DNA of 64,000 nt, taken from contig CAWCNY010000002.1 of the NCBI GenBank assembly GCA_963797095.1, positions 384,001 through 448,000 on the forward strand. The letters are read 5' to 3'. Origin of the DNA: an uncultured Chloroflexia bacterium. GTDB taxonomy: Bacteria; Chloroflexota; Chloroflexia; QHBQ01; JADMIH01. Shown piece by piece: positions 61,752 to 64,000 of this stretch. The position numbers and the translations under genes were made by a program. The notes below the pieces were generated by a model that ran no database searches, was not told the DNA's origin, and saw only the letters and a program-made list of their open reading frames with translations. The first letter of the stretch is position 1, and every line of letters begins with the position of its first letter.

Positions 61752-62345
61752 TTACAATTTCGTCTGTCGCTGTGTGTTGCTGTAAACGCTGGAAGTTGTG
61801 CGGTTGGTGCCAAGGGCCAGTTCGGCCAGCTTGGTGATGCCCCACGCGAGCAGCAGATACACAACTATAGCTACAAGCAACTCGAATTCGATGACGCCTG
61901 CGCCCGCCGCTCCCGGATAGGTGATTGAGTTGCCGAATAACCCGGCAAACGGAGCTACCATCCAGCCTGTGAGGTTATAGACCAGTTGTGCGAAGCCTGC
62001 GCTCTCATTCGCGCCTGCTGCCAGCAGCACGAACCGGAGCAGGAGCAAAATAGACATGATCCCGACGAGGAACCACACGATCCGGCTGAACCAATCCACC
62101 GCAGCTAACTTCTCGCTTGCGGGGTCGATCACTTGCTCGGCCACATTGCGCTGCATCACCCTGTCGCTGGGGGCTGTGCTGGATGTTTGCACGGTGGTGG
62201 CGCTCCCAACGGGCGTTGGCGCGACAGGGGTCGTTCCGACCACTCCCGGCGTGCCGACGGTCGTCTGGCTAACTACGCTTTCCTGAGGTTCACCTTCAAC
62301 CATTGTCTCTTCATTGCGTATAACCTGTCTCTGGTTATCGCCCAT
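61752..62345 (-). CDS. YggT-family membrane protein
   Basis: LLRFVLL..GAN...FA..VY..T..MVAPF.GLF, two TMs; AGGAGG RBS. Confidence 0.75.
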   Translation of the reverse strand: MGDNQRQVIRNEETMVEGEPQESVVSQTTVGTPGVVGTTPVAPTPVGSATTVQTSSTAPSDRVMQRNVAEQVIDPASEKLAAVDWFSRIVWFLVGIMSILLLLRFVLLAAGANESAGFAQLVYNLTGWMVAPFAGLFGNSITYPGAAGAGVIEFELLVAIVVYLLLAWGITKLAELALGTNRTTSSVYSNTQRQTKL

Positions 62346-62560
62346 TCTGTTCCTCCTTTCCTACCAGCTTGAATGATGGTTACTTTAGTGCCGGTAAGGA
62401 TCCACTACACTAATAGTTCAAGTCGTAATTGCACCACGCCTGTGCAGTTATCTCCTAGAAAAGCATAAAACGTGCCACCCCACTTCCTGTTGAAGGAACT
62501 TCGCGCAATATGGAGCGTTATACCTAATGAGCGGAGTAGATTCCGCCAGGAGGATAGACA

Positions 62561-64000
62561 ATGACAAGAACTGGAAAATCAAAACGCGGCTGGCCGTTTT
62601 CCCTGGCGGCTTTTCTCGTCCTGGGCCTGCTCGCGCTTCCTTGGCGGGCGGTTCCCGCTCTGGCACAGACTTCGGATCAACTGCATGTCGGCCCGGTGTC
62701 AGCACTGGCTATTGACAACGTAGGAGGGGGCTGGGGTTGGACCGGCCCCACCGGTCCCGATGACAACGGCCATCTGATTCGCCTCAAAGATGGCGCGTGG
62801 ACCCAAGTATCACGCAACGACGCGGCCGCCTCCGCGCTTGCGACGGCAGCAGCAATATACAAGATCGCACTTACAGGTGATGGTGCATCCGGTTGGGCTG
62901 TCGGCACGGGTGGTGGGGCACGCCTCTGGCACCTGAAGGAAGGCGTTTGGGAGGACACGCCCAACCCGTTTGCGAGCAATAGCGATGTTGTATGGAGTGA
63001 CCTTACTCTATCGTCCGATGGCAGTCAGGGCTGGCTGGTAGCAAGCGATAAATCGCTCCATTACTTGCTGGCGCGGCTCAATAACGGCCGGTGGGTGCGC
63101 GCCGACAATCCACCGTCGGGCGAGATGCGCTTCATCAGCCTGTCGCCCGACGGTATGCACGGCTGGGGCATTGGTCCCGGCCAGGAAAAGGCCAGGAATA
63201 TCGCGGTTCGCCTCGATGCGAACGGATGGGTGGGCGATGCGCTCGATCTTCCGTTCAACTCGATAGGGGTTATCGCCGACAATCTCGGCAATGGTTGGGC
63301 GATTGCCCCTCCTGTCTCCAGCGCTTTGATTCGCCTTACCCCGGATGGCGCACAACCCCTCCTGCCCGACCCTCGGAAGGATACTCCGAGCCTGTACCCT
63401 GGGCTGGTTATACAGTCGGTGGCGGTCAATGGCACGGGTAGAGGCTACGCCACCGCCACTTACAAGAAGCAGGGCAATCCGCTTACCGGCGCGGCCCCGA
63501 CGAACCAGCCGCAGCTGTTCTGGCTTGATGGCGACCGCATTACCGAAGTGCCGTTCGACGCCGTGCCCGCTACTCCACAGCCCTCCGACCCTCCTTACGC
63601 CGGACCGATCGCGATCAGCCCGGATGGGGCGCACGCGTGGCTTGCGGTCTCAACCGGCGATAGCAAGTTCATGAAACTGGTCGCTTTGCAGGAAGCGTGG
63701 CTGCACGACAACCCAAACCAGGCCGACCCATTACCGGGCGCGGGCATCTGCTTCAACGAGACACAGTTCTGCTTGCGTGGCATCTTCGCCAGGTTCTGGG
63801 AGACGCACGGAGGCGTGGATAGCTTGGGTTATCCCATCACCCCCGAAATCTTTGAGCCTGTAATCCACGGCGGTGATCCGGTCGAGACGGTCGTGCAGTA
63901 TACGCAACGTGCCCGCCTGGAATGGCACGCCGATCTCAGGGGCACGCCGTACGAAGTGCTGCTTGGCCTGCTGGGCGACTCGCTGGTTGACCCCAGGCTG
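62561..64000 (+). CDS. Partial secreted protein with Chloroflexi-type C-terminal surface repeat (absent from the ORF track)
   Basis: AGGAGG + ATG; signal peptide MTRTGKSKRGW...VPALA; GWAVG-type repeats; ends FNETQFCLRGIFARFWETHGG..LGYPITPE...VQYTQRARLEWH...VLLGLLG. No stop seen before the edge. Confidence 0.8.
   Translation, partial: MTRTGKSKRGWPFSLAAFLVLGLLALPWRAVPALAQTSDQLHVGPVSALAIDNVGGGWGWTGPTGPDDNGHLIRLKDGAWTQVSRNDAAASALATAAAIYKIALTGDGASGWAVGTGGGARLWHLKEGVWEDTPNPFASNSDVVWSDLTLSSDGSQGWLVASDKSLHYLLARLNNGRWVRADNPPSGEMRFISLSPDGMHGWGIGPGQEKARNIAVRLDANGWVGDALDLPFNSIGVIADNLGNGWAIAPPVSSALIRLTPDGAQPLLPDPRKDTPSLYPGLVIQSVAVNGTGRGYATATYKKQGNPLTGAAPTNQPQLFWLDGDRITEVPFDAVPATPQPSDPPYAGPIAISPDGAHAWLAVSTGDSKFMKLVALQEAWLHDNPNQADPLPGAGICFNETQFCLRGIFARFWETHGGVDSLGYPITPEIFEPVIHGGDPVETVVQYTQRARLEWHADLRGTPYEVLLGLLGDSLVDPRL

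Overview
64-kb chromosomal window, most likely from a Chloroflexota (Chloroflexia-like) bacterium. The basis is SLH proteins with a Cys-rich GYxCGGxGEPC insert, a Chloroflexi-type GYP..QY..RARLE surface repeat, Gram-positive-type LexA boxes and an archaeal-type ProRS; this taxonomy is inferred, not searched. Housekeeping genes: radA (carrying a 493-aa LAGLIDADG intein in Walker A), clpC, rpsA (with a ~350-aa acidic N-terminal extension), rdgB, proS, murA, pyrR, recN. Accessory genes: three large SLH surface proteins, a CcrM-like orphan methyltransferase, an ArsR/P1B-ATPase pair, two ECF sigma/anti-sigma pairs, and a glycosylation operon (O-ligase-TPR, WecA, two GT21). A small mobile hotspot holds an IS3 remnant and an intact IS256 with 8-bp TSD inside a brnT toxin gene carrying four lesions, next to an intact antitoxin. 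The strongest candidate new system is an ECF sigma factor followed by a 1535-aa zinc anti-sigma fused to Ig-like and thioester-less alpha-2-macroglobulin-like domains, then murA(Cys->Asp). Other candidates: a double-LexA-box operon ending in a membrane-anchored glucosaminidase, a CLCA-like metalloprotease in an SLH protein, and a MITE-like repeat with compensatory hairpin changes. No rRNA, tRNA or CRISPR array was seen. All family assignments come from motif recognition by eye; no database search was run.
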